A DNA stretch of 63,811 bases, filler included, from Octopus bimaculoides (taxonomy: Eukaryota), in the NCBI RefSeq assembly GCF_001194135.2. It is 6 parts of 5 records of this genome, joined end to end, with 100 filler letters (N's around TTAATTAATTAA, not from the genome) between each part and the next. Parts side by side here need not be neighbours in the genome. Positions count along the whole stretch, not along the records: positions 1 to 31,610 come from NC_068982.1; positions 31,711 to 50,391 come from NC_069004.1; 4 more parts are not named here. One strand, written 5' to 3'. This document shows positions 27,704 through 40,582 of the stretch, in pieces. The translations under genes were made by a program, and so were the position numbers. The stretch's first letter is position 1; each line of letters starts with the position of its first letter. The notes under the pieces are model-generated. The model ran no database searches. It was not told the origin of the DNA and saw only the letters and a program-made list of their open reading frames with translations.

Positions 27704-29391
27704 TCAAAAATTTTATTGTGTGTACCTTGTTGCACCTGCTTGTAAAATATCCACTCATATGTGGCTGATCCATGCAGTGAATAGGAGAACACAGGAAAAA
27801 TAGACAAAGTATGTTGCTTCAACATCTGCATGCAACTGATATGCTTATAAGCAATTGATCCATTCAGTAAAGGTAATTCTGATTGCAATGCTAATATTAA
27901 GAACATTATATTCTACAAACTAGCCATACCTTCTGAGGTTGATCATTCTTGCACAGACACCACCACATGTTTGATTTGAATTTCACAAATATTATAGAGT
28001 TTATGATTTGCCTCAGGTACCTACCTTATTACAAACGTACACTACTCAATTTTTTGCATCCACCATAAATTTTTTGATAAGAATTCAGTTAGTGTTGCTA
28101 TAGTTGAGCCATCAACATAAGATTTCGAATTGGCAACCACAGTAAAATATCCAGTAACACTATAGAGTAATTTCAGGAAGAATTTAAGTGGAGAAATATA
28201 TCTAATTACACACGTGCCAATAAATGTCTCTTGAAGAAGTTGATGTACAGAGCTGAAACAGTAATGATTGACTGCATAGAAAAGTTCATTGAGGGTCTGA
28301 TATACACTGTACATCCATTTGTCTACTTACAGGACCAAATGTGACTCTGCTTCATTGTCAAAGGACAGGATATGGGAAAAGGAAGTTTGCGCTTCATGCT
28401 TGAATTTAGGCGTTGAGTTTCTTGGATGCTGCCTAAGAGCTTCAGGCACTTAGTTTGTAGTGGAAATATTTCCAGAAGAAAGATATGTTTAAATGATTGT
28501 AATTTATATTTTATTGTAGGCAAACATGAGAATGCTCTTTCCCCACTGGTTCAAAATATTGACTGGTAGAGTTAATATCTTAAGTCTTTTGGTAGCACAT
28601 AAGGTGCAACTATTATCACACCTGTTTTATGGCTTCCTTTTAATGGTTGCAGTCCACTTTATAGTAGAATTATCTATTCTCGAGTTTTTTAATTGCCATA
28701 TATAATTTGACAATGAAGCAGAGGTGTGTTTGCACCAGTAACTGAACAAAAAGACGCACTGTGTGTATCAGTTCTTCAACTTTTCTGTACTACACTTGTT
28801 CGACACACAAACAATTAACTATGTTCCTTTTGCTAAAATTCACACTGAGGTTATTGCAGAGTGTTATCGGCTATTTTATCATGGCTGAAAAATGTGAAAC
28901 TCTATCTTACCTAAGCAATTACAACTACCTAAACAGAATTGCTATTGAAAATTTATGTTATCTGTGAGAAGTGGAGAGGTATGTATTCAGAATGAGACAC
29001 CTGAGACAGATCATAAACACCAGCAAAGGTGAAGTCAGGAACATTATAATCCAAGAGAAAACTAAACATTTGTTGCTGTCTTTACATGAATAATCAGCTG
29101 CAGTAGGTATCATAGGTTTATGGGACATAAACGTATTTTATATTAGTACTACAGCCAGAATTATATTTAAATATTAAATTTGAGTATTTTTGGAAAAGCA
29201 GAAATATGCATTAATATATCCAGTAGGGTATACCCACTTGGAATTTGAAATAGTATACAAATGCAACAATATGTGAACGGTGTCCAAGAATGAAAATAAT
29301 TTGGCTTTGCTCACATTTGCTTTTTACTCTAAATCAATCTGAACTTCAAGCATTGCTAATGTCCTATTATCTGGCTATCAAATTTTAAATA

Positions 29392-29597
29392 CAATAATCC
29401 CTCGTTTATCGTGGGTGTTACATTCCAAAAACCTCCCACAGAGATAATTAAAATCTAAAGAATTATAAATACCTATTGGCTGCCGAAACCCAGATATACT
29501 GAGGAGACTACAATATAAATTTACATATATTAGCCAGAAAAATCCGCAATATACTGAGTACATGATAAGTGAACAGTGATATAGCAAGGGATTACTG
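29392..29597. mobile_element. pogo/Tigger-like MITE
   Basis: Ends caataatccctcg / gggattactg; homologous to 61698-61904. Confidence 0.7.
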
Positions 29598-30934
29598 AAC
29601 ATACAAAGTTTCTTTTCGTATGTTCTGTTATAATTAACATATCCTCTTAGATATGCCATTAATTTCAGTTTTCGCCAGTACCGCCCGTGGGTGTCGCCAG
29701 TACTGCCTGACTGGCCCTCGTGCTGGTGGCATGTAAAAGCACCCACTACACTTTCAGAGTGGTTGGCATTAGGAAGGGCATCCAGCTGTAGAAACTCTGC
29801 CAAATCAGATTGGAGCATGGTGTCCTCTCCTGATCCATCAGTCCTCAGTCAAATCGTCCAACCCATGCTAGCATGGAAAGCGGACGTTAAACGATGATGA
29901 TGATGACTTCAACAGTCCAAATTTCTATAAGACTCATAACACTTTAAATTGCTTTATCTGTTACTGTCCTTTCAACATAACTTATAATTTTAACTGAATT
30001 TTCTCCAGAATTTTTTCAATGCTTCAAATTAAAGTGAATAAACTGGATTCACTACGTTCAGAGAGGGTGGGCATTAGGAAACGCATCCAGCCATAAAAAA
30101 ACCATGTCAAAACACACTGCTGTGGAGCTTGGTACAGTTCTCTGGATTGTCAGCTCCTGTCAAACCATCCAACCCACTCCAGCATGGAAAACAGACGCTA
30201 AATGATGATGATGATGATGATGATGATGATATACAAAGTATAATATACGTTTTTGGATGACATAAAATGGATCAAATTTTCTTTGATTAGTGAAGTCTGT
30301 ACTCGTGTAGATTATAATACTTATCAAATGTTATTGAAAACGATGTTTATTCAAATGTTGTGCTGAAACACACCGATAGGGATTAACTAGCATTGCTTAC
30401 AAGTAAGTGGTGGATGGAATTGTATGAAATTGGAGCAGTTCTGCAATAGAAATAATGACTGAAACTGGTCAGGAAATAAATTGGGGTGGAAGTCACTGAA
30501 TTAAATTTTGACAACAGCCTCTCATTATTTCCACTACTTTTACCGTTACTAAACACCTTTCGTTTCGACTAAATCCATATTCACTCAACTAATAGGCACT
30601 ATTATTTAAGACTTATTTTACTGTCTTTAAAGCTGGAGCTAGAATATGTCACCATTAGCAACACTTGGAAGTTAGCGTCAACAATATTATGCCTACATAC
30701 ATACACACATACATACATACACACATACATACATATATACATACATACATACACACATNNNNNNNNNNNNNNNNNNNNNNNNNNNNNNNNNNNNNNNNNN
30801 NNNNNNNNNNNNNNNNNNNNNNNNNNNNNNNNNNNNNNNNNNNNNNNNNNNNNNNNNNNNNNNNNNNNNNNNNNNNNNNNNNNNNNNNNNNNNNNNNNNN
30901 NNNNNNNNNNNNNNNNNNNNNNNNNNNNNNNNNN

Positions 30935-30977
<43 letters not shown>

Positions 30978-31014
30978 CATACATACATACATACATACAT
31001 ACATACATGCATGT

Positions 31015-31200
31015 ATATGATAGATAGCTGACCACAACACACATTTTTTTCTATCCTTGTTTCTTTCTGTGTTCCTTTCTGTTGAAGAGCATAGGCTCGA
31101 AACGTTAAAGACTTTCTCTATTCCCGTGCATTATACTAATACATCTATTTGTTGTCTACACCACCTGTCTTCGTCTGTTGTTTTTTCGTGAATTCTCCCT
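31015..31200 (+). mobile_element. Second hammerhead-fold repeat family (Penelope-like terminal segment), copy 1
   Basis: Homologous in reverse orientation to 51742-51945; hammerhead fold 31075-31110; abuts (TA)n. Confidence 0.7.
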
Positions 31201-31567
31201 ATATGTATGCATACATACATATATGTATATATATACATACACACACACATATATATATATATATATACATACACACATACATACATGCACACACACACAC
31301 ACACACATATATATATACATATATATATATAAATATAAAATTTATATATGTGGTGGTGGTTGTCTACTCCTTACACAGAGTTTGACCACCTCCTGCACCT
31401 ACACCTTAGCCCTTACATGGCATCTGATGTGGCTTTTTAAACCAGACTATATTTTGAAAAGATTCCCACATAGATTGCATATCTGATTTGGACCACCAAA
31501 GTGTATACATATTTGTGTGTGTAAATGTGTGTAAGCATATACTCATATATATGTGTGTGTATCTATG

Positions 31568-31610
<43 letters not shown>

Positions 31611-31710
31611 NNNNNNNNNNNNNNNNNNNNNNNNNNNNNNNNNNNNNNNNNNNNTTAATTAATTAANNNNNNNNNNNNNNNNNNNNNNNNNNNNNNNNNN
31701 NNNNNNNNNN
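31611..31710. other. Artificial scaffold linker (44 N + TTAATTAATTAA + 44 N)
   Basis: Identical 100-bp structure at five places; the 12-mer has stops in all six frames. Confidence 0.9.
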
Positions 31711-32180
31711 ACATAAAAGACACCATTTCGAGCGTGGCCGTTTTCGTGCGGGTGACACGTAAAAGCACCCACTACACTCTCTGAGTGGTTGGCGTTAGGA
31801 AGGGCATCCAGCTGTAGAAACTCTGCCAAATCAGACTGGAGCCTGGTGTTGCCATCCGGTTTCACCAGTCCTCAGTCAAATCGTCCAACCCATGCTAGCA
31901 TGGAAAGCGGACGTTAAACGATGATGATGATGATGATGATGTCATTAGACTGTGGTTATGCTGGGCCAGCAACTTTGAGGGTTTTTAGTCAATTATATCA
32001 ATGCTCATGTAGAATACTCATTTATCAGTCTCAGTGGGTCAGGATCAAGTTGCTGAGTTTACTTTATGAGTGACGTCTCTTCAGAAATTACCTTCCTTGA
32101 GGTGTAACTACCAGTATACCCCTCCCCACACATGCATTTTATGTGTGTATATTTGTGTTATATGTATATGTGTATATATT

Positions 32181-32243
<63 letters not shown>

Positions 32244-32844
32244 GTTGCATATATATATATTTGTGTTAAGGGCATCCAGCTGTAGAAACTCTGCCAAATT
32301 AGATTGGAGCCTGGTGTTGCCATCCGGTTTCACCAGTCCTCAGTCAAATCGTCCAACCCATGCTAGCATGGAAAGCGGACGTTAAACGATGATGATGATA
32401 TATGTGTGTGTATATATATATATATATATATTTGTGTTATATATTTGGAGAGTATGTGGAGTCTTTCCTTTTTGTAATTGTGTGTATTCCACCACTTGTA
32501 GATGCCCATTGGCTGTAGTTTGCCAACTGGGTGTGTAGGAGACAAGCTTTCTCTAGGCCACCTTTTCTAGTACCCTTTCCATGTGTAGCAAGCGGTGCTC
32601 TCCCTAGATAGTAAGGCTGCTTGGTCATTCAAGATGCCTCCTATTGACGTTGTTGTCTCATGAATAAATGCATACATTTGGATGAATGCATAAACAGGTC
32701 AACCAACACTCCAACTCAACCACATATTTACAAAGACCAGGAACCCTCTTAAGTCAAAAGGTGTTGTTGCTTTGTTAGCAGCTGGCTTGAACTTTCTCAA
32801 GATGACCTTAAATAGAACTCAAAGAAAAGTCATTCATACTTGCA

Positions 32845-32915
<71 letters not shown>

Positions 32916-32950
32916 ACATGTATTTGAACTGCAAACGGAATCAAGACATA

Positions 32951-33845
32951 CGAGGTCTGATCAATACGTATCTGGACTGTTGCTATAGTAACGAAGCTAA
33001 AGCACACAGAGTGAAGCTGCTTGGCACAGATTAACCCTGAACTCTGTTGTGCATGTGCACTAAGTTTTAACATTATAGTTTGCTTCTGCTGTTTACAACA
33101 GTGCTTGAAAGAAGGTGTGTAGCATGTGATCATCACATTGACCATGACAGAAAGTTGTCATGGTGATACCTGCTCAGAGGCCTACGCAAAGTTGCAGAAA
33201 GTGTGAGGAGAGGAGTGTATGAGCTGCACACAAGTGTACGAGTGGTTCAGACGTTTCCAAGATGGCCAAAAAAAACGTCAATATTGACAAATGTTTTGGG
33301 AGACCCGCAACCAGCAGAACTGAGAAAAATACCGCAGATGTGTGTGCAGCTGTGAGGGGGAAATCATCAAATCACCATCTGTGAGTTATCAGAGGATGTG
33401 CAGATTAGTTACGGTTCAGTTCAGTCCATTATCACCGAAGATTTGGGTATGAGACATGTGTCTGCCAATTTTGTGCCAAAACTGCTTTCAGCTGACAAGA
33501 AAGACACTCAGGTTCCACTCGCACAAGATCTCCTTGATTGTGTCAAGAATGATGAAAACTTCTTGAAAACGTTGCATACGCCTCTGAACAGGTATCACCA
33601 AGCTTTTGGCAAAATTTGATGCAGATTCTCTGCTCAACTTTCTCTGTCATGGTCAATGTGACGATCACAGGCTACACACCTTCCTTCCAAGCACTACTGT
33701 AAACAGTAGAAGTGAACTAGAATGTTAAAACTTAGTGTGCATGCAAATCAGAGGTCAAGGTCAATCTATGCCCAGTGGCTTCACTCTGTGTGCTTTAGCT
33801 TCGTTACTATAGCAACAGTCCGGATACTTATTGATTAGGCTACAT
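32951..33845 (+). mobile_element. Internally deleted mariner (Tc1/mariner) transposon with decayed N-terminal transposase
   Basis: TIRs of about 66 bp, TA at left end; peptide ..TQVYEWFRRFQDG..GRP..ISYGSVQSIITEDLGMRHVSANFVPKLLS with stop and frameshift; no DD34D domain seen. Confidence 0.9.
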
Positions 33846-34006
33846 GCAATTTAAAAAATAATACACATGCAATATACCTTAATACAGTTTCTACCTAGCA
33901 AATTTACCCTGGCCATAAACACATTTTACTCAGATAGGCTGAACAAAATAACTCACTCACGTGGTCACTTCTGCAAGAAGTTAAAGAGTCTGACCTATAT
34001 ACTTAA

Positions 34007-34297
34007 CCCATTACCTCCCATAATTCTATTAACTGGAATTTTTTTTATGAAACTTTGATTTCTAGCATAAAACAGCCTTAGAAACATGCTGGAATGATCA
34101 AAATAACATTTCAAAATAACATTTTAAATAGAAATAAGCAAGATATTGGGTGAAAAATTAGCAAACCTAATTTGAATATCAGAGAAATATGCCTAGTAGA
34201 TATAGCAAAAAGGTTAGATATGTGTAAATATTGACAGATAATTACGAAATTTGTAATTTTTAACTGAGCTCATATGAGATCACTGGTAGGTAATGGG
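34007..34297. mobile_element. piggyBac-like MITE
   Basis: ttaa-cccattacct ... aggtaatggg-ttga termini. Confidence 0.55.
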
Positions 34298-34414
34298 TTG
34301 ATAGAGTCTGACCTATATACTATCCTAATATACTATATACTCTTAAAAGAGTCTGACCTATATATTATCCTTAAACATAAGCAGCATCAGCAATAATCTA
34401 AAACTATCCTCTAA

Positions 34415-34597
<183 letters not shown>

Positions 34598-35250
34598 TAG
34601 CTTCTAGACACTCTCTGGTCTAATGTACCTGATGTAAAATAGGTACTATGAAGAGGTACAGTTTTTTCCTGTGCCCATTTCACCTAGGTCTAGAAAGGTC
34701 CNNNNNNNNNNNNNNNNNNNNNNNNNNNNNNNNNNNNNNNNNNNNNNNNNNNNNNNNNNNNNNNNNNNNNNNNNNNNNNNNNNNNNNNNNNNNNNNNNNN
34801 NNNNNNNNNNNNNNNNNNNNNNNNNNNNNNNNNNNNNNNNNNNNNNNNNNNNNNNNNNNNNNNNNNNNNNNNNNNNNNNNNNNNNNNNNNNNNNNNNNNN
34901 NNNNNNNNNNNNNNNNNNNNNNNNNNNNNNNNNNNNNNNNNNNNNNNNNNNNNNNNNNNNNNNNNNNNNNNNNNNNNNNNNNNNNNNNNNNNNNNNNNNN
35001 NNNNNNNNNNNNNNNNNNNNNNNNNNNNNNNNNNNNNNNNNNNNNNNNNNNNNNNNNNNNNNNNNNNNNNNNNNNNNNNNNNNNNNNNNNNNNNNNNNNN
35101 NNNNNNNNNNNNNNNNNNNNNNNNNNNNNNNNNNNNNNNNNNNNNNNNNNNNNNNNNNNNNNNNNNNNNNNNNNNNNNNNNNNNNNNNNNNNNNNNNNNN
35201 NNNNNNNNNNNNNNNNNNNNNNNNNNNNNNNNNNNNNNNNNNNNNNNNNN

Positions 35251-35650
35251 ACTTGTTTCAGTCATTTGACTGCAGCCATGCTGGGGCACCGCCTTTAGTC
35301 GAGCAAATCGACCCCAGGACTTATTCTTTGTAAGCCTAGTACTTATTCTATCGGTCCCTTTTTGCCAAACCGCTAAGTTATGGGGACGTAAACACACCAG
35401 CATTGGTTGTCAAGCAAAGTTGGGGGGACAAACACAGACACACAAGCATATACACACACATACATATACATATATATACATGTATACGACGGGCTTCTTT
35501 CAGTTTCCGTCTACCAAATCCACACACAAGGCTTTGGTCGGCCCAAGGCTATAGTAGAAAACTCTTGCCCAAGGTGCCACGCAGTGGGATTGAACCCGGA
35601 ACCATGTGATTGGTAAGCACGCTATTAACTACACAGCCACTCCTACGCCT
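35251..35650 (-). mobile_element. SINE family G (head with ggcaccttgggcaagtgtctt core). Other copies at about 448-592, 18590-18712, 22955-23075, 23452-23635, 38527-38905, 42925-43320, 46895-47070, 48125-48285
   Basis: Repeated bipartite body split by a microsatellite; 3' end ggtgctccagcatggc.gcagtc..tgactgaaacaag. Confidence 0.8.
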
Positions 35651-36188
35651 AATTGTTAAAATATTTTGTGCATTGTAGAAGTACAACCAATTTATTGCAC
35701 CTAAACTTTAACAAAATCGTAGGTAGACTCCCAAGGGTCATATGAACCCCAGCTGAGAACCTCTGCTCTAGTGTGTGTGTGTGTGTGTGTGTCTAGATGG
35801 TACAGTTCACTGCTGTACTGAGTCCATTAGGTTCTAAATAAGTACATTGGAGAAGTAAAGTTCACAGCTGTATCTAATCCACTGAGTTTAGAGGGGTATG
35901 TTTCCCATCCACCCATCTTCTCTGCCTGTCGGGGTCATGGGATTAGTTTTCCATTACTTCCTCAAAGTAAAACCACGTGCCTTCAAAGCAAGCTTCTTAA
36001 CTGCACAGTCATGCATGTGGTAGGTTTAAAAAAAAAATTTTTTATGTTTTTGTTATCTTTTATCTTTTATTTGTTTCATGTGACCATGCTGGGGCACTAC
36101 CTTTTTTATTTTTATTTTTTTCACATCTCTGAATATTTTAAAACATTAAACTGTAAATAAAATACCTTTAAAATTTTCTAAATTTCAG

Positions 36189-36350
36189 AACTATTATGGT
36201 GCTGCAAAAGCTATACTTTCAGACAATCCTCTTGGCCTCACATGTGGAATGGTATGTCCTACCAGTGACCTTTGTGAGGGAGGCTGTAATTTGGCTGCTG
36301 TTGAAGAAGGACCCATCAACATTGGTGGTTTGCAACAGTTTGCTGTTGAG
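36189..36350 (+). CDS. DPYD: DPYD exon (human exon 5 equivalent), [54 protein letters not shown]
   Basis: Near-identical to the DPD Fe-S region including the GGLQQFA Gln ligand; tttcag acceptor, gtaaat donor; 162 bp. Confidence 0.97.
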
Positions 36351-36419
36351 GTAAATTAAACATTTTTACTCTGAAATTCTCCATACTAAGTATCAATACC
36401 ACCTTCATTGCCATCACTA

Positions 36420-37040
36420 CCACCATCTACATTGTCGTCATCATCATCACCTCTTTCATTATCATCATCATCATCATCATCATCACCACTTCTGTTATTA
36501 CCACCACCTCTTGTTACAATCATCACCACTTCCACTGTCATCATCAATCTTGCCTCTGTCATCGTCATCACCACTGCCTCTGTCATCATCATCATCACCA
36601 TTGCCTCTGTCATCGTCATCACCACCACCTCTGTCATCATCATCACCGCCACCTCTGTCGTCGTCATCACCGCCACCTCTGTCGTCGTCATCACCACCAC
36701 CTCTGTCGTCATCATCACCACCACCTCTGTCGTCATCATCACCGCCACCTCTGTCGTCGTCATCACCATCACCTCTGTCATCATCATCACCGCCACCTCT
36801 GTCATCATCATCACCGCCACCTCTGTCATCGTCATCACCATCACCTGTCATCATCATCACCACCTCCTCTGTCGTCATCATACCCACCACCTCAGTTGTC
36901 GTCATCACCACCACTTCTGTCATTGTCATCACTGCCACCACTTCTGTTGTCGTCACCACCACTACGTTTGTTGTTGTCATCATCATCACTGCTTCCTTTG
37001 TCACTGCCGTCATCATCATCACCACTGCCTCTTATCACAT
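36420..37040. repeat. Compound (CAT/CAC)n tract with a 24-bp tandem unit cacctctgtc(a/g)tcatcatcac(c)(a/g)c
   Basis: Direct reading; lies in the DPYD intron between the 162-bp and 197-bp exons. Confidence 0.85.
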
Positions 37041-37412
37041 TCTAAAAATAAAGTTATATCATTGAAATATTGAAACTGCAAAATTATGCCTGATTAATTA
37101 AAACCAAAGTGAATATATAAACATTGCATTTGGCAGAATAATCTGAATGCTAAACGGTTAACACACTATCCACTTCCAAGCGGGAATAAATATTACCTTT
37201 TCATTTCTTACTTCATTTTACAATATTTGTTTTAAATTAAGGGTATGAAATGGTGTATATTATATTCTAAAATATTTAATATCTAAAATTATTAATATTC
37301 AGTCTTTCATCTTAACCTTTAATATTGATCTTACCTCATCTATTGAGTGTGTCATCAAAATGTATTTTCTTGTTATTTATTTTCTTTTTTTTTTCTTTTT
37401 TTCCCCCCTCAG

Positions 37413-37609
37413 GTCTTTAAACAGATGAAGATCCCCCAAATTCGTGATCCCAGTTTGCCATCAATTGAGAATCTCCCAAACAGCTATCGGGCCAAAATTG
37501 CCTTGTTGGGTTGTGGGCCTGCCAGTATTAGCTGTGCCACTTTCCTGGCTCGCCTTGGTTATTCAGATATAACTATTTTTGAGAAAAACAATTATGTTGG
37601 AGGTCTCAG
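37413..37609 (+). CDS. DPYD: DPYD exon (human exon 6 equivalent), FAD-binding start [32 protein letters not shown]
   Basis: GxGPA dinucleotide-binding motif; polypyrimidine-cag acceptor, gtaaat donor; 197 bp. Confidence 0.97.
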
Positions 37610-37628
37610 GTAAATTATTAATTTTCTT

Positions 37629-37943
37629 GATCACAGTGATATTTTAGGGATCTCTAGAACGACAGGGGGGCGTTTTAGAGATCTCTAAAATCACAGGGAC
37701 ATTTTAGGCATCTTTGGAATCATTGGGGGCATTTTAGGGATGTCTAGAATCACAGAAACATTTTAGGGATCTGTAGAATCATGGGTGTTTTGGGGATGTC
37801 TAGAATCACAGGGACGTTTTAGGGATCTGTAGAATCATGGGTGTTTTGGGGATGTCTAGAATCACAGGGACGTTTTAGGGATCTCTAAAATCGTAGGGGC
37901 ATTTCAGGGATCTCTAGAATCACAGAGATGTTTTAGAGATCTA
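37629..37943. repeat. Minisatellite, unit about 29-30 bp, about 10 copies (ttttagggatctctagaatcacaggga..)
   Basis: Direct reading; includes an exact duplication of about 59 bp (two units). Confidence 0.85.
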
Positions 37944-38387
37944 TGCTGCCTATTACTCAGGTGCAGGCATTGCTGGTTAATTAAGAATTTTGCTTTGTAG
38001 TCATCAAGTACTGGATTCAGTCTCTTTGTGTGGTACTACTTTGGCAAGTGTCTTCAAGCATAGTTTTGAGATGCTTCAAGCTGTGTAAATGAAACTGGGC
38101 AGATGGGAACTGTGCTGAAGCCTGTGCCAGATGGACTTTATCTATGATTTAAAGGAAAAATGGATGTTAAATGAGGACGATTAGAATTTGCCAAGGTCAA
38201 CCTTACTTTTCGTTATAGGGCCAATAAAAGAAGTGCCAGTTGAACACTGGGGTTGATATAATCAACTTAACTCCTCCCCTGAATTTGCTGGCCTTGTGCA
38301 AAAATTTGAAACCATTGTTGTTGTTGCTGATTCTTAACACATGAAAGAGAGTGCTTGATGCTAAACAAATTTCTGTTTCTCTTCAAG

Positions 38388-38469
38388 TTCTTCAGAGATT
38401 CCACAATTCCGTTTGCCCTATGATGTTGTTGATTTTGAGATTCAACTCATGAAAGATCTTGGGGTCAAG
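38388..38469 (+). CDS. DPYD: DPYD exon (human exon 7 equivalent), [27 protein letters not shown]
   Basis: [12 protein letters not shown] signature; AG/GT flanks; 82 bp; phase continuous with neighbouring exons. Confidence 0.96.
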
Positions 38470-39379
38470 GTGAGCAGACAACTTTTTTTCCCATTTATTT
38501 ATTCTTTTTATTCTTTTATTCTTTTATTTGTGCCAGTCATTTGACTGCGACCATGCTGCAGCATCGCCTTGAAGGATCTTAAGTCGAAGAAGTTGACTCC
38601 AGGACTTGTTTTTTAATTATTCTTTTTTAATCCTAGCACTTATTCTATCGGTCTCTTTTGCCGAACTGCTAAGTTATGGGAATATAAACACACTAACACT
38701 GGTTGCCAAGCAGTAATGGGAGGACAAAGACGCACACACACACACACATGTATGACAGGCTTCCTTCAGTTTCCGTCTACCAAATCCACTGACAATGCTT
38801 TGGTCACCCCAAAGCTATAATAGAAGACACTTATCCAAGGTACCATGCAGTGGTACTGAACCCAGAACAATGTGGCTAGGAAGCAAGCTTCTTACCACAC
38901 AGTCACACCTGTTTGTTTTTATCATTTGTATTATTTATTTTCTTCATCTTTGATACATTCTCTTGCATCTATATCTTTCTTTTTCTTTGTCTTTTTCTCT
39001 TCCTTTCTTTCATCCTTTCTTTCTCTCACTCACTTCTTCCTGTCTCTCCAATTCTCCTCTATCTCCCTTCTATCTCTCTGTCTATCTCTTTCCATCTCTT
39101 TTCTTTATTTCCTTTTTTTTTTATTTCTTCCCCTACTCCACCTTCATCTATTTCCTGTCTTTCTGGTTTTTTTTTTATATTTCATCTCTCCAGTTTGTCA
39201 GTTTTTTTTTTGTTTTCCTATTTTGTCTTTTTTTATTCCTTTAGGTTTCGTCCTTCATTCTTTCCTTTCTTTGCTTCTTTCTTCTCTCCATCCGTCTGTC
39301 TCCCTTTATTACACATATACCCACCAACACCACCATTACCCTAACAGATTCTATTTTTTATTCACCTGTTATTTTTCAG

Positions 39380-39467
39380 GTTGAACTTGGACAAGCTCTC
39401 TCAGAATCACAGTTAACTATATCTAAATTGAGGAAAGATGGTTATGCAGCAATTTTTATTGGAATCG
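39380..39467 (+). CDS. DPYD: DPYD exon (human exon 8 equivalent), VELGQALSESQLTISKLRKDGYAAIFIGIG
   Basis: GYxAxFIGIG motif; tttcag acceptor, gtaaat donor; 88 bp. Confidence 0.93.
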
Positions 39468-39891
39468 GTAAATTCTCTAGTTCTCTCTTGCTTGCTTCCT
39501 CTCAGTCTCTCTCTCTCTCTGTCTGTGTGTATGTGTGTATAATATATATATATATGTGTGTGTATATAATTATATATATATGTGTGTGTGTGTATATAAT
39601 ATATATATATATATATATATGCGTGTGTGTGTGTGTATTTATGTATTTATGAGTGAATGGAGGTAACCCTAGATTTGAGTATTCTCAATAACTTATTAAT
39701 CTAACGACTTATTAACCAATTCATCAATCAGCCAATCAATCAACCACTCAAATAAGTAAATAATTAATTGGCCAATCAATCAATCAATCAATCAATCAAT
39801 CCCTGGTTAAAAGTAGCGGTACATACCAGAGTCCATAACCAAAAAACATACCTATGCATGTGTAATACATACACATACACCCCACCACACA

Positions 39892-39945
<54 letters not shown>

Positions 39946-40474
39946 CATATATATATATCTACATGCACACCCACATATACAATCATCTATCTACATACAT
40001 ATACACACCTATACACACACATATATATGCGTACACACTTATACAACCAACTACCTACACACATATATACCTACATACATACCTACCTACACATATCCTC
40101 ATACACAAAGATATCAGCATAAAACAATCACATATAGCTATATGTCTATCCTCACATACATATAATTGTATTCATACACCAGTATATATACATGTACATA
40201 TAGGTATATTATACTTACCTAATTGCCACAAAATATTACTTTACTTGGAAACAAGGGAGGGAAGAATATCTGACCATTGTCCAACCTTTGCAAACGTGGC
40301 AAATGTGGGCATTAAAATAATGATAATGATCTGCGTGATATACTATATTATTAAATGATGTGATATCAACTGTAATCCTTCTCCAATATTTTGATGTGAT
40401 GTTGATGATTCTTCTTTCCAAAATGACCTGGAATTTTCCCATTACTGATTCCCTGTGTCTCTTGTCTCAAACAG

Positions 40475-40582
40475 GTTTACCAGATCCTCGTAAATCAGGA
40501 ATATTTGCCAACATGACTGAAGAAAAAGGCTTCTATACTTCAAAAAGTTTTCTGCCTAAAGTGGCACTGGCTTCTAAAGCAG
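40475..40582 (+). CDS. DPYD: DPYD exon (human exon 9 equivalent), [36 protein letters not shown]
   Basis: GFYTSKxFLP motif; acag acceptor, gtaag donor; 108 bp. Confidence 0.95.

Noticed and set aside
37629-37943. CRISPR-like regular repeats
   Set aside because: Contiguous tandem units without unique spacers; eukaryotic intron; no cas genes
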